A DNA stretch of 64,000 nucleotides from Sulfuricurvum sp. (GCA_050178755.1 JBFXFU010000014.1:661-64660); one strand, 5' to 3'. Numbered from the stretch's first letter, positions 38,556 through 49,643 are shown. Numbers and translations: made by a program. Notes: generated by a model from the sequence alone, not told the origin.

Positions 38556-39933
38556 AGGTCGGGTAGGCATTTTCTATCCGCAGGGTTTTTTGGATGGGAA
38601 TAATGCGCCCTCTTTTTTGAGCATTGACGATATCAAAGCTACCGAATCGCTACAAGTCGATATGTTGCTCGTATCGTTGAAAAAGGTGATTTTTTTCAAC
38701 AAAAACGGTCTTGATTTCTTCATTAACGTCCTGCTTGGCATACGCAATCGGCACCATATCTCCATCGGCCTGTGCGATTACGATCACACAAAATTCAAGA
38801 CCATCAACACCTTTTACGGCCATACTCTTAATTTCTCGTTGTTTCGAACCGAAAAAATCGCCGAATTGTTCGCCCCGACCAACAAGGGTGATTCACGTAC
38901 CGTCTTGCTGTATAACGAGGACCCTTCCCAGCGTTCAGCGATGGCGATCGAACTTTTTGATTACGGACACAATCCGATCATTGCCCAAAGCAAAAAGGAG
39001 TTCGAAGAAAAAAAGAAAAACCCCGATCTGTATTACGCCATCATCGAAGATTCGTTTTTGGGACTGTTCGGACATAAAATCGCGACTCGGGTAACCGGCA
39101 ATGCCGTCATCTATACGATAGCCAATTTTTTGGATGCCGAAATAGGAAATACCTTCAACATCTCCTATCATAACAACTCTTTAAACGTTGGTTTCCGCTT
39201 GTTTATCTTCGATGCGTATAAAGTTGTATCGATGAATATCCACGCACTCAATTTCTTTACCAAACTCGCCTCCGCCGGAGCCGAATACAACGCGACGATT
39301 TGTTTTGTCGGAATGACGTTTGAAAAAACCCCCGAAACCTTCAAACACGATCTTGAAGATGCCGGTATCCTTTTTTACAATCATATGGACGATATTCTGA
39401 AAAACCGCGAATTGCTCGAAGAGTTAGGGGGAAGTACGGCAACGACCACCAAAAATATCCGTTCCATCAACAAAGCGCTGGTGAACGAACTCTCCTCTTT
39501 TATCGATGCAACCGTCTCAACCATCAGCATGATGACCAACGCCCAACCCGTTAAACGCGGCGTCAATATTCAAACACTCTCCGTCCCTACACGCGAAGAG
39601 CAATTTGCCAGCTCGATAGGATTTTACGGCGATGTGGATGGAATGATCATCCTCATTTTTCCAAAATACATCGCACAAAAAACCTGTGAACTCCTGATCG
39701 GAGAAGGGGTCGGCGATGAAGAGGCTATTCTCGACTCCCTCGCCGAATTCGTCAACATTATCGGCGGACGCGCCAAAGCTCTCCTTGCCGATAAAAAAGA
39801 ACGGGTCGACATCACCCTTCCGCGCACCTATAAAGACGTTTCTTCCCTTATGGAAATGGCACAGCATAAAAAAGGGGTTCAGGTTAACCTCGATTTTGAA
39901 GGAAGTCAATTCATTTTCTTTTTAACGCGATAA
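38539..39933 (+). CDS. Multidomain CheX-like phosphatase (STAS-like, degenerate receiver, STAS-like, CheX)
   Basis: C-terminal IGFYGDVDG...DSLAEFVNIIGG (CheC/CheX ExxN motif); two FLD..xx..V STAS-like segments. Confidence 0.75.
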   Translation: MRATVKGRVGIFYPQGFLDGNNAPSFLSIDDIKATESLQVDMLLVSLKKVIFFNKNGLDFFINVLLGIRNRHHISIGLCDYDHTKFKTINTFYGHTLNFSLFRTEKIAELFAPTNKGDSRTVLLYNEDPSQRSAMAIELFDYGHNPIIAQSKKEFEEKKKNPDLYYAIIEDSFLGLFGHKIATRVTGNAVIYTIANFLDAEIGNTFNISYHNNSLNVGFRLFIFDAYKVVSMNIHALNFFTKLASAGAEYNATICFVGMTFEKTPETFKHDLEDAGILFYNHMDDILKNRELLEELGGSTATTTKNIRSINKALVNELSSFIDATVSTISMMTNAQPVKRGVNIQTLSVPTREEQFASSIGFYGDVDGMIILIFPKYIAQKTCELLIGEGVGDEEAILDSLAEFVNIIGGRAKALLADKKERVDITLPRTYKDVSSLMEMAQHKKGVQVNLDFEGSQFIFFLTR

Positions 39934-40015
39934 GGTGTAACCCTATTGATCCTGCTTCAAAAGCTCGATGCAAATCTTTTTCGCTAAAATAGCGTTAAAA
40001 ATTCGAAGGTTCCTT

Positions 40016-40657
40016 ATGCTTGTTGCTCCCAGTGTACTCTCCGCCGATTTCGGCAATCTGGCACGTGACGTCAAAGCGATCTGCGATGCCGGATGCGATC
40101 TGGTCCATGTAGACGTTATGGACGGCCATTTCGTACCGAATCTCACGATCGGGCCGGTCGTCGTCGACGCCATTGCCAAAGCCGCCACAAAACCGCTGGA
40201 TATCCACCTAATGGTTCAGAACAATACGTTTTTCGTCGATTTGTTCGCACCGTTGAAACCTGAATACATCACCTTTCATATCGAGGAAGAAAAACATCCC
40301 CATCGTCTTGTCCATTATATCCGCTCACTTGGAATCAAGCCGGGTATCGTCCTCAATCCGCACACTCCGGCGGAAACGGTTGAATACCTGCTGTCCGACG
40401 TTGATATGGTTTTGGTCATGAGCGTCAACCCCGGCTTTGGGGGGCAGAAATTCATTCCGACCGTCATCGAAAAAATACGCCGTCTAAAAGTGCTTCGAGA
40501 TCGCATCAATCCCAATTGTCTTATCGAAATTGACGGTGGTGTCGGAAGCAAAAACATACACGACCTCAAAGATGCCGGAGTAGACGTTTGCGTTGCCGGA
40601 AGCTACGTCTTCGGTCAAGACGATTATAAAGCCGCCATCGACAGTCTGAAAATCTGA
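40016..40657 (+). CDS. rpe: Ribulose-phosphate 3-epimerase
   Basis: APSVLSADF, HVDVMDGHFVPN, MSVNPGFGGQKF, IDGG. Confidence 0.97.
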   Translation: MLVAPSVLSADFGNLARDVKAICDAGCDLVHVDVMDGHFVPNLTIGPVVVDAIAKAATKPLDIHLMVQNNTFFVDLFAPLKPEYITFHIEEEKHPHRLVHYIRSLGIKPGIVLNPHTPAETVEYLLSDVDMVLVMSVNPGFGGQKFIPTVIEKIRRLKVLRDRINPNCLIEIDGGVGSKNIHDLKDAGVDVCVAGSYVFGQDDYKAAIDSLKI

Positions 40658-40658
40658 T

Positions 40659-41246
40659 ATGCGCGTTAAAATCTGCGGTATTACCAACCTTGAGGATGCC
40701 ATACACGCCATTGAGTCGGGTGCCGACGCTCTCGGATTCGTTTTCTATCCCGAGTCCCCTCGCTTTGTGAACGTCGAAACCGCTAAAACGATTATTTCTC
40801 AACTCCCTCCGTTTGTCGAAAAGGTTGCCCTTTTCGTCAATGAAACTCCGGAAACCATCCGTTCCGTCTGTCTGGAAAGCGGATGTACCCTCGCCCAAAT
40901 CCACTTTGACGTAGAAGACGATTTTTTTCAAGATGTGAAATATCCGACGCTAAGAGTCATTCGTGCCCAAAAACGGGAAGATGTTGTCGAGTATGCGAAC
41001 GAATACCGTTTGGTTGACGCTTATTGCGAAGCGTACGGCGGAAGCGGTAAAAGGCTCAATATCGAATGGTTTAAAGACCTAGACTGCTCCAAAATCATTC
41101 TAGCCGGCGGTCTTGATCCTGATAACGTCGCTTCCCTGCGTCCCTATGGTTTTTACGGCGTAGACGTCAGCAGCGGCGTCGAAGCCTCCAAAGGAAAAAA
41201 AGATTTCCTCAAAGTAGAAACCTTTATAAAGCAGGCCAAATCGTGA
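40659..41246 (+). CDS. trpF: Phosphoribosylanthranilate isomerase
   Basis: VKICGIT, GFVFYPESPR, LAGGL, DVSSGVE. Confidence 0.95.
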   Translation: MRVKICGITNLEDAIHAIESGADALGFVFYPESPRFVNVETAKTIISQLPPFVEKVALFVNETPETIRSVCLESGCTLAQIHFDVEDDFFQDVKYPTLRVIRAQKREDVVEYANEYRLVDAYCEAYGGSGKRLNIEWFKDLDCSKIILAGGLDPDNVASLRPYGFYGVDVSSGVEASKGKKDFLKVETFIKQAKS

Positions 41247-42046
41247 ATCCGCTTGATCCGAAAATAATCGAAAAACTTGCTCGCGGAGGGATGCCGATTC
41301 AAGAATTTGAAACGTGGGCCGGTTCCGATCTGGAAATCGAGATACTGAAGGCTTCCGGTATGAATCTGATCATTGACAACGACCGCTACCGCTTTGAAAG
41401 TGCCATTCTACCCTTAGATGAAGCGGTTTACTGTATCGTGGATATCGAAACCAACGGTTCCAAACCCTCCCAGCACCAGATTATCGAAATCGGCGCAATT
41501 AAAGTCCAATCCGGTTCGGTCATTGACACGTATGAGACATTGGTGTATTGCACCGAGATTTCCGAGCAAATTCAGGCGATAACCGGAATCACACCCGATC
41601 TTACACGCGATGCCCCCGCTTTGACCAAAGTCATGCGCGAGTTTCGGGTTTTTCTAGGCGATGCCATCTTCGTCGGACACGATGCTAAATTTGATTATTC
41701 CTTTATCTCATCAATGATGGAACGAGTCGGTCTTTCAAGGCTTCTCAACCGTTCTTTATGCACGATTGATCTTGCCGAGCGAACCATACAATCGGAACGA
41801 TACGGTCTGGCCTATCTTAATTCTCAACTTCAACTCTACAAAGACGCCACCCATCACCGCGCTTTTTCCGATGCCATGACCACGACCAAACTTCTCAAAC
41901 GAACCCTAAAACTTCTTCCACCTACCATTCATACCGTCGAAGAGGTTATCGCATTTTCGAAAGAAGCAAAACGGCTAAAAAAACCAAAAACCGTCGTTGA
42001 AAATAAACAAGAAAACAAAGAAGAAAATATTAAAAAAGAGTCATAA
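41243..42046 (+). CDS. DEDDh 3'-5' exonuclease (DnaQ-like)
   Basis: VDIETNG, GHDAKFD, HHRAFSDA. Confidence 0.9.
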   Translation: MNPLDPKIIEKLARGGMPIQEFETWAGSDLEIEILKASGMNLIIDNDRYRFESAILPLDEAVYCIVDIETNGSKPSQHQIIEIGAIKVQSGSVIDTYETLVYCTEISEQIQAITGITPDLTRDAPALTKVMREFRVFLGDAIFVGHDAKFDYSFISSMMERVGLSRLLNRSLCTIDLAERTIQSERYGLAYLNSQLQLYKDATHHRAFSDAMTTTKLLKRTLKLLPPTIHTVEEVIAFSKEAKRLKKPKTVVENKQENKEENIKKES

Positions 42047-42050
42047 TCCC

Positions 42051-42074
42051 TTTCTGCCCTTTTGTGAGCAGAAA
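42051..42074. terminator. Hairpin between the convergent exonuclease and accA genes
   Basis: tttctgc..gcagaaa stem. Confidence 0.5.
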
Positions 42075-42089
42075 AGAGAGGAAAAAAGA

Positions 42090-43025
42090 TTATTCGGAGA
42101 AACGTCCCATGCCCGTTAAACGTTCATAACGTTTTTGTAAACGCTCGGTATTGGAAAGAGTATTCAATTCATTCAGCTTGGCAAGGAAGTACTCTTTGAT
42201 CGCCACAGCTGCCCCTTCTTTATCCCGATGTGCACCGATAAGAGGCTCTTCAATCACATCATCGATCAAATCGAGTTCTTTAAGATCCGAACTCGTGATT
42301 TTCAGCGCTTTGGTCGCTGCATCCACTTTGGCCGGATCGTTCCATAAAATTGCGGAGCATCCTTCCGGTGAGATAACGCTGAATACGGAATAGCGCATCA
42401 TGGCCAAACGGTCGGCAACGCCGATAGCCAGCGCACCGCCGCTTCCTCCTTCGCCAATGACGACGGAAACGGTAACCGTATCCAGGTTCGACAATTCAAG
42501 CAAATTACGGGCAATCGCTTCACTTTGGTTCCGTTCTTCGGCACCCAGTCCCGGATAAGCACCCGGAGTGTCGATCAGCATTAATACTGGAATATTGAAT
42601 TTTTCCGCCATTTTTGCAGCACGCAGAGCTTTTCGATACCCTTCGGGATGAGGCATACCAAAATTGCGTTTCAATTTGTTTTTTGTACCGCGCCCTTTTT
42701 GCTCACCGATGACCATAACCCGTTCTTCACCGATATAACCGAGGTAACAGACGATTGAAAGATCATCACGGAAATGTCGGTCCCCGTGAATCTCATATTT
42801 TTTATCGAGAATAAGGTTAATGTAATCAAGCGCATATGGACGATCTTGATGGCGTGCCAACTGCAATTCTTGATACGGCGAAAGATTCGAGTAGGTTTTT
42901 TCGACTTCTTTGGCCAAATCCTGCTTGAGGATTTCAACCGCATGATGATCGTATCGTACCTCTGCGGCAATAATCTCTTCTTGAATGTGACGAATCGTTT
43001 GTTCGAAATCTAAATAGGTTGCCAA
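42090..43025 (-). CDS. accA: Acetyl-CoA carboxylase carboxyltransferase alpha subunit
   Basis: [43 protein letters not shown]. Confidence 0.98.
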   Translation of the reverse strand: MATYLDFEQTIRHIQEEIIAAEVRYDHHAVEILKQDLAKEVEKTYSNLSPYQELQLARHQDRPYALDYINLILDKKYEIHGDRHFRDDLSIVCYLGYIGEERVMVIGEQKGRGTKNKLKRNFGMPHPEGYRKALRAAKMAEKFNIPVLMLIDTPGAYPGLGAEERNQSEAIARNLLELSNLDTVTVSVVIGEGGSGGALAIGVADRLAMMRYSVFSVISPEGCSAILWNDPAKVDAATKALKITSSDLKELDLIDDVIEEPLIGAHRDKEGAAVAIKEYFLAKLNELNTLSNTERLQKRYERLTGMGRFSE

Positions 43026-43037
43026 TGGCCGGCCCTC

Positions 43038-44255
43038 TTACATTTTTCTGAAAATGACGACACCGTTCGTACCACCGAAACCGAATGAATTACTCATAAC
43101 GATGTTCAGCTCCGCTTTACGGGCTTCATTAGGTACGATATCCAAATCACAATCAGGATCCGGATTAACGTAGTTGATCGTTGGCGGAATGATACCGTCG
43201 CGCATCGCCATAATACTGATGACCGCTTCGATTCCCCCGGCAGCACCCAGACAGTGTCCCGTTTGCCCTTTTGTTGAACTGACCGGCGGACAGTTCTCTT
43301 TTCCGCCAAATGCCTGCTTGAGTGCCGCGGTTTCGTTTTTATCGTTGGTCGGCGTACTCGTACCGTGCGCATTGACGTAATCGATTTTCGGATTTCCGGC
43401 CATTTTGAGCGCTGCTTTCATAGCGCGCAGCGGTCCTTCAAGGCTTGGAGACGTGATGTGGCTCGCATCCCCGCTTTCTCCGAATCCGATGAGTTCTGCA
43501 TAGATATGTGCACCACGGGCTTTGGCACTTTCGTATTCTTCAAGTACCAATGCCGCCGCACCTTCTCCCATGACAAAACCATCCCGTTCCGCATCGAACG
43601 GACGTGAAGCGTGCAACGGATCGTCATTACGGGTTGAAAGTGCTTTCATCGAGGCAAATCCACCGATTCCGACGCCGGAAATAGCCGATTCTGCCGCAAC
43701 GACCAACATTTGGTCCGCACCGCCGCAGATAATTGTTTTTGCTGCCTCACTGATTCCGTGTGTACCGGCCGCACATGCCGTTACGGATGAAAGATTCGGC
43801 CCTTGCAGACCATGATCGATCGTGATGAAACCACCCAGCATATTGACAAGCGCACCGGGAATGAAAAACGGAGAAATACGGCGCGGTCCTTTCGTCTCAA
43901 GAACGATCGAGTTTCTCTCGATCGACGGCAGTCCACCGATCCCGGAAGCCGCATCGATTCCGAAACGCTCTTTATCAAACCCTTCCGGAAATGCAGCGTC
44001 GGCCATTGCTTCTTGCGCCGCTTTGATACCCAACTGGATAAAACGGTCCGCTTTTTTAACCTCTTTCGGGTCCATTACCGTTTCAGGTTTGAAATCTTTT
44101 ACTTCCCCTGCAATTTGCGCACTTTGTGCTGAAGCGTCGAAAATGGTGATCATGCCGATCCCGCATTGCCCTTCGCAAATCGCTTTAAATGAACTCTCTT
44201 TATCATGACCGAGGGCATTGATCATTCCCAATCCGGTTACTACTACTCTTCTCAC
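43038..44255 (-). CDS. fabF: 3-oxoacyl-ACP synthase II
   Basis: VVVTGLG, TACAAG, NAHGTST, SNSFGFGGTN. Confidence 0.97.
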   Translation of the reverse strand: MRRVVVTGLGMINALGHDKESSFKAICEGQCGIGMITIFDASAQSAQIAGEVKDFKPETVMDPKEVKKADRFIQLGIKAAQEAMADAAFPEGFDKERFGIDAASGIGGLPSIERNSIVLETKGPRRISPFFIPGALVNMLGGFITIDHGLQGPNLSSVTACAAGTHGISEAAKTIICGGADQMLVVAAESAISGVGIGGFASMKALSTRNDDPLHASRPFDAERDGFVMGEGAAALVLEEYESAKARGAHIYAELIGFGESGDASHITSPSLEGPLRAMKAALKMAGNPKIDYVNAHGTSTPTNDKNETAALKQAFGGKENCPPVSSTKGQTGHCLGAAGGIEAVISIMAMRDGIIPPTINYVNPDPDCDLDIVPNEARKAELNIVMSNSFGFGGTNGVVIFRKM

Positions 44256-44316
44256 ACTTTCTCCTGATGTGGATGGTCTGAAATCGCGGCTCCGAAAAAG
44301 CCACTATCTCAAATCA

Positions 44317-44344
44317 TTCCTTCCGGGATGATACCCCGGAGGAA
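44317..44344 (-). terminator. Hairpin downstream of acpP
   Basis: ttccttccggg-atgatac-cccggaggaa. Confidence 0.5.
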
Positions 44345-44360
44345 GAATCAGGATACGTTT

Positions 44361-44591
44361 TTAGTTTTTGCTTTCGATGTAGTTGATTACATCTTGTACC
44401 GTTTGGATTTTTTCCGCTTCGTCGTCAGGGATTTCGATATCGAATTTCTCTTCAAGAGCCATTACCAATTCGACTACGTCAAGGCTGTCCGCGCCAAGAT
44501 CTTCTACGAATTTAGAATCCTCTTTAACTTCGTCAGGGTTTACGCTAAGTTGTTCAACCACTACTTCTTTAATATCGTCCAAAAGTGCCAT
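44361..44591 (-). CDS. acpP: Acyl carrier protein
   Basis: [20 protein letters not shown]; own extended -10 TGCTATAAT at about 44625-44633. Confidence 0.98.
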   Translation of the reverse strand: MALLDDIKEVVVEQLSVNPDEVKEDSKFVEDLGADSLDVVELVMALEEKFDIEIPDDEAEKIQTVQDVINYIESKN

Positions 44592-44673
44592 AATAGCTCC
44601 TGTCCTTATGAATAAAATCATCGCATTATAGCATATTTAACTTAAGAGGGAAATCCCCCTGTTTAAGAAAAGG

Positions 44674-45417
44674 TTACATAAACATTCCGCCGTTGACTTT
44701 AAGCGTTTCTCCCGTGATATAACTCGCATGATCGCTGAGTAAAAATGCCGTCGCTTCTGCGACCTCGCTTGCGTTTCCGAAACGCCCCATCGGAATTTTC
44801 GACGTGAACGAAGTTTTGATCTCATCACTGAGGACATCGGTCATATCGGTCGCGATAAAACCGGGAGTAACGGTGTTGTATCGAATACCGCTGGACGCCG
44901 CTTCCTGCGCAAAACTCTTCGTCATCGCGATGACGCCCCCTTTTGATGCGGCATAGTTTGTTTGACCCGCATTGCCTGTCTCTCCGACAATCGATGCGAT
45001 ATTGACCACTGCACCGAATTTTTTCTTCCGCATCGCTTTAAACGACTCCCGGCATCCGACAAACGCCGACAATAAATTGGCATTGATAACTGCCATGAAA
45101 TCGTCGCTTTTCATCCGTAATGCCAGTCCGTCTTTGGTAATTCCGGCATTGTTCACCAGATAGGAAAGTTCTCCGTCTGCGTCAACAATCGTTTTGATAG
45201 CATCCGTAAAAGCGGCTTCGTCCGCGACGTCAAATCCGATAACGGCTGACTGACCGCCTGCCGCTTCGATCGCGGCTTTGACCTCATCGGCTGCCGCCGC
45301 ACCGCTACGATAGTTAATCCAGACTTTCAAACCGTATCCGGCAAGTACTTTTGCGACTTCGGCGCCGATCCCGCGGCTAGATCCCGTTACCAAAACATTT
45401 TTACCCGTAAATCTCAT
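44674..45417 (-). CDS. fabG: 3-oxoacyl-ACP reductase
   Basis: TGSSRGIG, NNAGIT, YAASKGG, PGFIATDMT. Confidence 0.97.
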   Translation of the reverse strand: MRFTGKNVLVTGSSRGIGAEVAKVLAGYGLKVWINYRSGAAAADEVKAAIEAAGGQSAVIGFDVADEAAFTDAIKTIVDADGELSYLVNNAGITKDGLALRMKSDDFMAVINANLLSAFVGCRESFKAMRKKKFGAVVNIASIVGETGNAGQTNYAASKGGVIAMTKSFAQEAASSGIRYNTVTPGFIATDMTDVLSDEIKTSFTSKIPMGRFGNASEVAEATAFLLSDHASYITGETLKVNGGMFM

Positions 45418-45458
45418 CCCATATATCCTTTATAAAACTTTTGTTTTCCGGCAAACCG

Positions 45459-46934
45459 TCAAATCAACGGCATATCCATTTCGGCGGGTTTTTCCAGTCC
45501 CATTAATTTGAGTACGGTCGGCGCGACGTTATTCAAAGCGCCCGGGTGTACCTGGTCTATCCCCTCAGCCATTACAAAACACCAAACTTTACCGACGGTA
45601 TGATTCGTCAAAACATTTCCCATCTCATCACGCATCTCTTCGCAGTTACCGTGATCCGATGTCAAAACCATGGCATAATCGTTTCGTTCAGCCGCTTCGA
45701 CGATGCGACCGAGCTGTTCGTCTACCGCTTCCACCCCTTTGATAGCCGCCTCGTAGTTACCGGTATGTCCGACCATATCGCCGTTCGCGAAATTGACGAT
45801 GACCAGATCGGTCCCCTCGTCCATCGCTTTGACAACGACATCACCGACGGCCGCGGCACTCATCTCCGGTTGCATATCGTAGGTTTTGACCTGCGGACTC
45901 GGAATCAGTACTCGGGTCTCATTTTCATACGGTTCTTCGACCCCTCCGTTAAAAAAGAAGGTTACGTGCGCGTACTTTTCGGTCTCGGCCGTATGCAATT
46001 GTCGCAATCCGGCCTTCGAAACGATTTCGGCAAGGGTGTTTTTCGGTGTCTCTTTTGGAAACAACACCGGATAAGGGAAATTTTTGTCATATTCGGTCAT
46101 TGTTGCCAAATGGGTCGGTACAAATGTCCGTGCAAACCCGCTAAATGAAGGATCGCCGATAGCTGCGGTAATTTCACGCATACGGTCGCTTCGGAAATTG
46201 AGCATCAATACCGCATCGCCGTCTCGAAAACCGTCATATCCGTGAAAGGCGGTCGGAGTAATGAACTCGTCCGTTTCTCCTGAAGCATAGGCATTCTCAA
46301 TATAATCCGCAACGCTCTGTTCGCTTTTCGGTTCAGCTCGGACGATGGCATCGTACCCTTTTTCCACCCGTTCCCAGCGGTTGTCACGGTCCATCGCGAA
46401 AAAACGTCCGCCGAGTGATCCGATTTTAATATTGGGATATCCGTGTGCGTTGACCGTGTTAAGAAAAAGTTTGGCCGATTTCGGAGATACGTCCCGTCCA
46501 TCGGTAATGAGATGCAGCCACACCTCTTTTCCGGCTTCGGCAGCCAATTCGGCCACTCCCATAATGTGGTTGAGATGGGAATGGACGCCACCGTCACTCA
46601 TCAAACCTATCAGATGAAGACGTTTGGAAGTTTTCATCAATCCGGAAAAAACCGCATTGCCGGCAAATGAGCCTTCTTCAAGTGCCAATGAGATTTTTAC
46701 CAGATCCTGATACAACACCCGACCGCTTCCGATGGTCATATGTCCCACTTCGGAATTGCCCATCTGCCCTTCGGGAAGCCCGACGCTCAGTCCGAACGTA
46801 TCGATCAACGAATGCGGCACCTCTTTAAAAAGACGGTCATAAACGGGTTTATTCGCAGCATGAAACGCATTAAATTCGTGTTTCGGAGAATAACCGATCC
46901 CGTCTGTGATGACCAAAACGGTTTTTTTGCTCAA
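45459..46934 (-). CDS. gpmI: 2,3-bisphosphoglycerate-independent phosphoglycerate mutase
   Basis: GQMGNSEVGH, HLITDGRD, AETEKYAHVTFF, NGDMVGHTG, SDHGN. Confidence 0.97.
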   Translation of the reverse strand: MSKKTVLVITDGIGYSPKHEFNAFHAANKPVYDRLFKEVPHSLIDTFGLSVGLPEGQMGNSEVGHMTIGSGRVLYQDLVKISLALEEGSFAGNAVFSGLMKTSKRLHLIGLMSDGGVHSHLNHIMGVAELAAEAGKEVWLHLITDGRDVSPKSAKLFLNTVNAHGYPNIKIGSLGGRFFAMDRDNRWERVEKGYDAIVRAEPKSEQSVADYIENAYASGETDEFITPTAFHGYDGFRDGDAVLMLNFRSDRMREITAAIGDPSFSGFARTFVPTHLATMTEYDKNFPYPVLFPKETPKNTLAEIVSKAGLRQLHTAETEKYAHVTFFFNGGVEEPYENETRVLIPSPQVKTYDMQPEMSAAAVGDVVVKAMDEGTDLVIVNFANGDMVGHTGNYEAAIKGVEAVDEQLGRIVEAAERNDYAMVLTSDHGNCEEMRDEMGNVLTNHTVGKVWCFVMAEGIDQVHPGALNNVAPTVLKLMGLEKPAEMDMPLI

Positions 46935-47028
46935 GTTGGCTCCTTGATTAATCAAACTTTGGGAGGATTATATTAAAATGTCACTTTTGCATTGCTTTCA
47001 TATTCCAACGATTAAAAGAGTTTCATAA

Positions 47029-48087
47029 ATGTTATATTGGCTTCACCACGTCTTGGGAATCAACTTATTCCAGTACATTACGTTTCGCGCTGGCTTCGCT
47101 TTTTTTGCCGGATTATTCCTCACCCTTTTCCTGATGCCCCGTTTCATCGCCTGGGCACAGCGTTCCAGCCGGGTGCAGCCTATCAACGAATACGTTGCCG
47201 CCCATCAGGGGAAAGCCAAAACGCCGACGATGGGAGGGATCGTTTTTGTCTCGGCCACCATTCTGGCTTCCCTCTTAAGCGCCAATCTGATGAATCCGTT
47301 CGTCATCGGCGGACTCCTCACCCTCGTTTTTTACGCCTACATCGGATTTACCGACGACTGGGGGAAAATTCGCGGCGGACATAACCTCGCCGGTCTCACT
47401 GCCCGTGCCAAAATGGCGCTTCAGCTCGTTTTCGGTCTGGCCATCGGAGTCTTTCTCATCCATATCGCCCATCTGGAAACCGGTTTTTACGTCCCATTCG
47501 TCAAAGCCAGCCTTTTCGACATGGGCTATTTCAGCATCGTTTTTTGGGTTCTGGTCATAATCGCCACCTCCAATGCGGTCAATCTTACCGACGGACTCGA
47601 CGGTCTGGCTACCGTCCCCTCTATTTTTGCCCTTCTCTCCCTGAGTGTCATCGTCTACATCGTCGGGAACGCATCGCTTGCCCATTACCTTCTGATGCCG
47701 AAAATTCCGGCCGGTGAGGTTGTCATCATTTCGATGGCACTGATGGGGTCTTTACTGGGCTTTTTATGGTTCAACTGCCATCCGGCGCAAGTTTTCATGG
47801 GCGACAGCGGCTCGCTTACGCTCGGAGCGTTTATCGCCTATATGGCCATCATCGGCAAAAGCGAAATCCTTTTGATCCTAATCGGGCTGATTTTCGTTAT
47901 CGAAACCGTATCGGTCATTTTGCAGGTCGGAAGCTATAAACTCCGTAAAAAACGGGTTTTCCTGATGGCACCGATCCATCACCATTTTGAGATGAAACAG
48001 TGGGCCGAAAACAAAATTATCGTCCGTTTCTGGATCATTTCGCTTTTATCGAACATTCTCGCCTTAATTACCCTCAAAATCCGCTAA
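47029..48087 (+). CDS. mraY: Phospho-N-acetylmuramoyl-pentapeptide transferase
   Basis: [34 protein letters not shown]. Confidence 0.98.
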   Translation: MLYWLHHVLGINLFQYITFRAGFAFFAGLFLTLFLMPRFIAWAQRSSRVQPINEYVAAHQGKAKTPTMGGIVFVSATILASLLSANLMNPFVIGGLLTLVFYAYIGFTDDWGKIRGGHNLAGLTARAKMALQLVFGLAIGVFLIHIAHLETGFYVPFVKASLFDMGYFSIVFWVLVIIATSNAVNLTDGLDGLATVPSIFALLSLSVIVYIVGNASLAHYLLMPKIPAGEVVIISMALMGSLLGFLWFNCHPAQVFMGDSGSLTLGAFIAYMAIIGKSEILLILIGLIFVIETVSVILQVGSYKLRKKRVFLMAPIHHHFEMKQWAENKIIVRFWIISLLSNILALITLKIR

Positions 48088-48099
48088 ACGAGATACACT

Positions 48100-49302
48100 A
48101 TGGAACGACGCATCGCCTGTTTCGGGTACGGGAAAACAACCCGTGCCATCGCTAAAAAATTCGGCCCGTGCACTTTTTTTGACGACAAAGTGACTAAACC
48201 TTTTATCGATGAAGAGGGGAATCACCTCAAACCGGTCAACGAGTTTGATACCCGCCTCTTCACCCATGAAATCCCCTCGCCCGGGATGCCCCCTTATCAC
48301 CCTCTGATCCAAAATGCTTCCCATCTGATCAGCGAATACGATTTCTTCGCTCCGCAAATACCGTTTTCCATCTGGATCAGCGGCACCAACGGCAAAACGA
48401 CGACCACCCAAATGGTTGAGCACCTGCTTGGAGATAAAGGGGCGGTAAGCGGCGGCAATATCGGGACCCCTCTGGCCGATTTATCCCCGCAATCACCCAT
48501 CTGGATTTTGGAAACGAGCTCGTTTAGCATGCACTACAATACGGTTGCCGTTCCCAATATCTATGCCCTTCTTCCCATAACTCCCGACCACGTTGACTGG
48601 CATGGAAGCATGGAAGAGTACTACAAGGCAAAACTAAAACCTCTTGCACAGATGCAGGAGGGCGAAGCGGTGATACTCCCCAAAGCCTTTGCCGATACTC
48701 CGACCAAAGCATTCGTCATCCCGTATGAAACGGAAAACGATCTGGCCGAATATTTTGGAATCGATGTTTCCAAAATCAAGTTTAAAGGGGCGTTTTTGAT
48801 GGATGCACTGATTGCCATGGGGATTGATAAAATTCTCTATGACCGGATCGATTACGAGAAAATCAATGCCTTCATCCTCGATCCCCACCGACAAGAAGAG
48901 GTACGTGACTCCCAGGGGCGTTTATGGATCAACGATTCCAAAGCCACCAATATCGATGCGACGCTCGCAGCCTTGCGAACCTTTGGGGATATGCCGATCC
49001 ACCTGATCCTCGGAGGAGACGACAAGGGAGTTGATTTGGAAGAGCTCTTCCTTCCAATGAAAAACTACAAAGTATCCATTTACGCGATCGGATCCAACGC
49101 AGCGCGTCTGGAAACATTGTGCGCACGCTATTCGATCCCCTGCATTGTGTGTAATACTCTTGACGTTGCCGTGACACAGATCGCCCGGGTTCATACCCCT
49201 GAAACCGTCGCTATGCTTTCACCCGCCGCAGCGAGTCTCGATCAATTTACTTCATACGCACAGCGGGGAAATCTGTTTAAAGAACTCGCCAAGAACACTT
49301 AA
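48100..49302 (+). CDS. murD: UDP-MurNAc-L-Ala-D-glutamate ligase
   Basis: GTNGKTTT, GGNIG, LETSSF, NDSKATN, GGDDKG, LSPAAASLDQF. Confidence 0.97.
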   Translation: MERRIACFGYGKTTRAIAKKFGPCTFFDDKVTKPFIDEEGNHLKPVNEFDTRLFTHEIPSPGMPPYHPLIQNASHLISEYDFFAPQIPFSIWISGTNGKTTTTQMVEHLLGDKGAVSGGNIGTPLADLSPQSPIWILETSSFSMHYNTVAVPNIYALLPITPDHVDWHGSMEEYYKAKLKPLAQMQEGEAVILPKAFADTPTKAFVIPYETENDLAEYFGIDVSKIKFKGAFLMDALIAMGIDKILYDRIDYEKINAFILDPHRQEEVRDSQGRLWINDSKATNIDATLAALRTFGDMPIHLILGGDDKGVDLEELFLPMKNYKVSIYAIGSNAARLETLCARYSIPCIVCNTLDVAVTQIARVHTPETVAMLSPAAASLDQFTSYAQRGNLFKELAKNT

Positions 49303-49352
49303 GCTGTTTTTAATGTAAAGGCCGTTATAATTTCGGCCTCACAAGCAATTGT

Positions 49353-49428
49353 GGCCAATTAGCTCAGTCGGTAGAGCAAATGACTGAAAATCATTGTGTC
49401 CTTGGTTCGATTCCGAGATTGGCCACCA
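49353..49428 (+). tRNA. tRNA-Phe (GAA)
   Basis: GGCCAAT/ATTGGCC acceptor stem, D arm GCTC..GAGC, anticodon loop CTGAAAA, TTCGATT T-loop, encoded CCA; TATAAT at 49326-49331. Confidence 0.97.
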
Positions 49429-49643
49429 CCTTATAAAAAATCACTCAACACTAAATTATTTCATTCCGCTTTCTATACCGTTTGTATCGTAATCAGTATA
49501 ATGTACCTATTTATGTACTTCATCGATATATTTGGATGGGTTCTAATACTGTTTAAAATCGCAGTCAGATAGCAATCTGCCGCGAGTCCTACAACTCTCC
49601 AGCAGTCTGAATACAATAGATAAACCTCTTGCCCTCTACGTCC

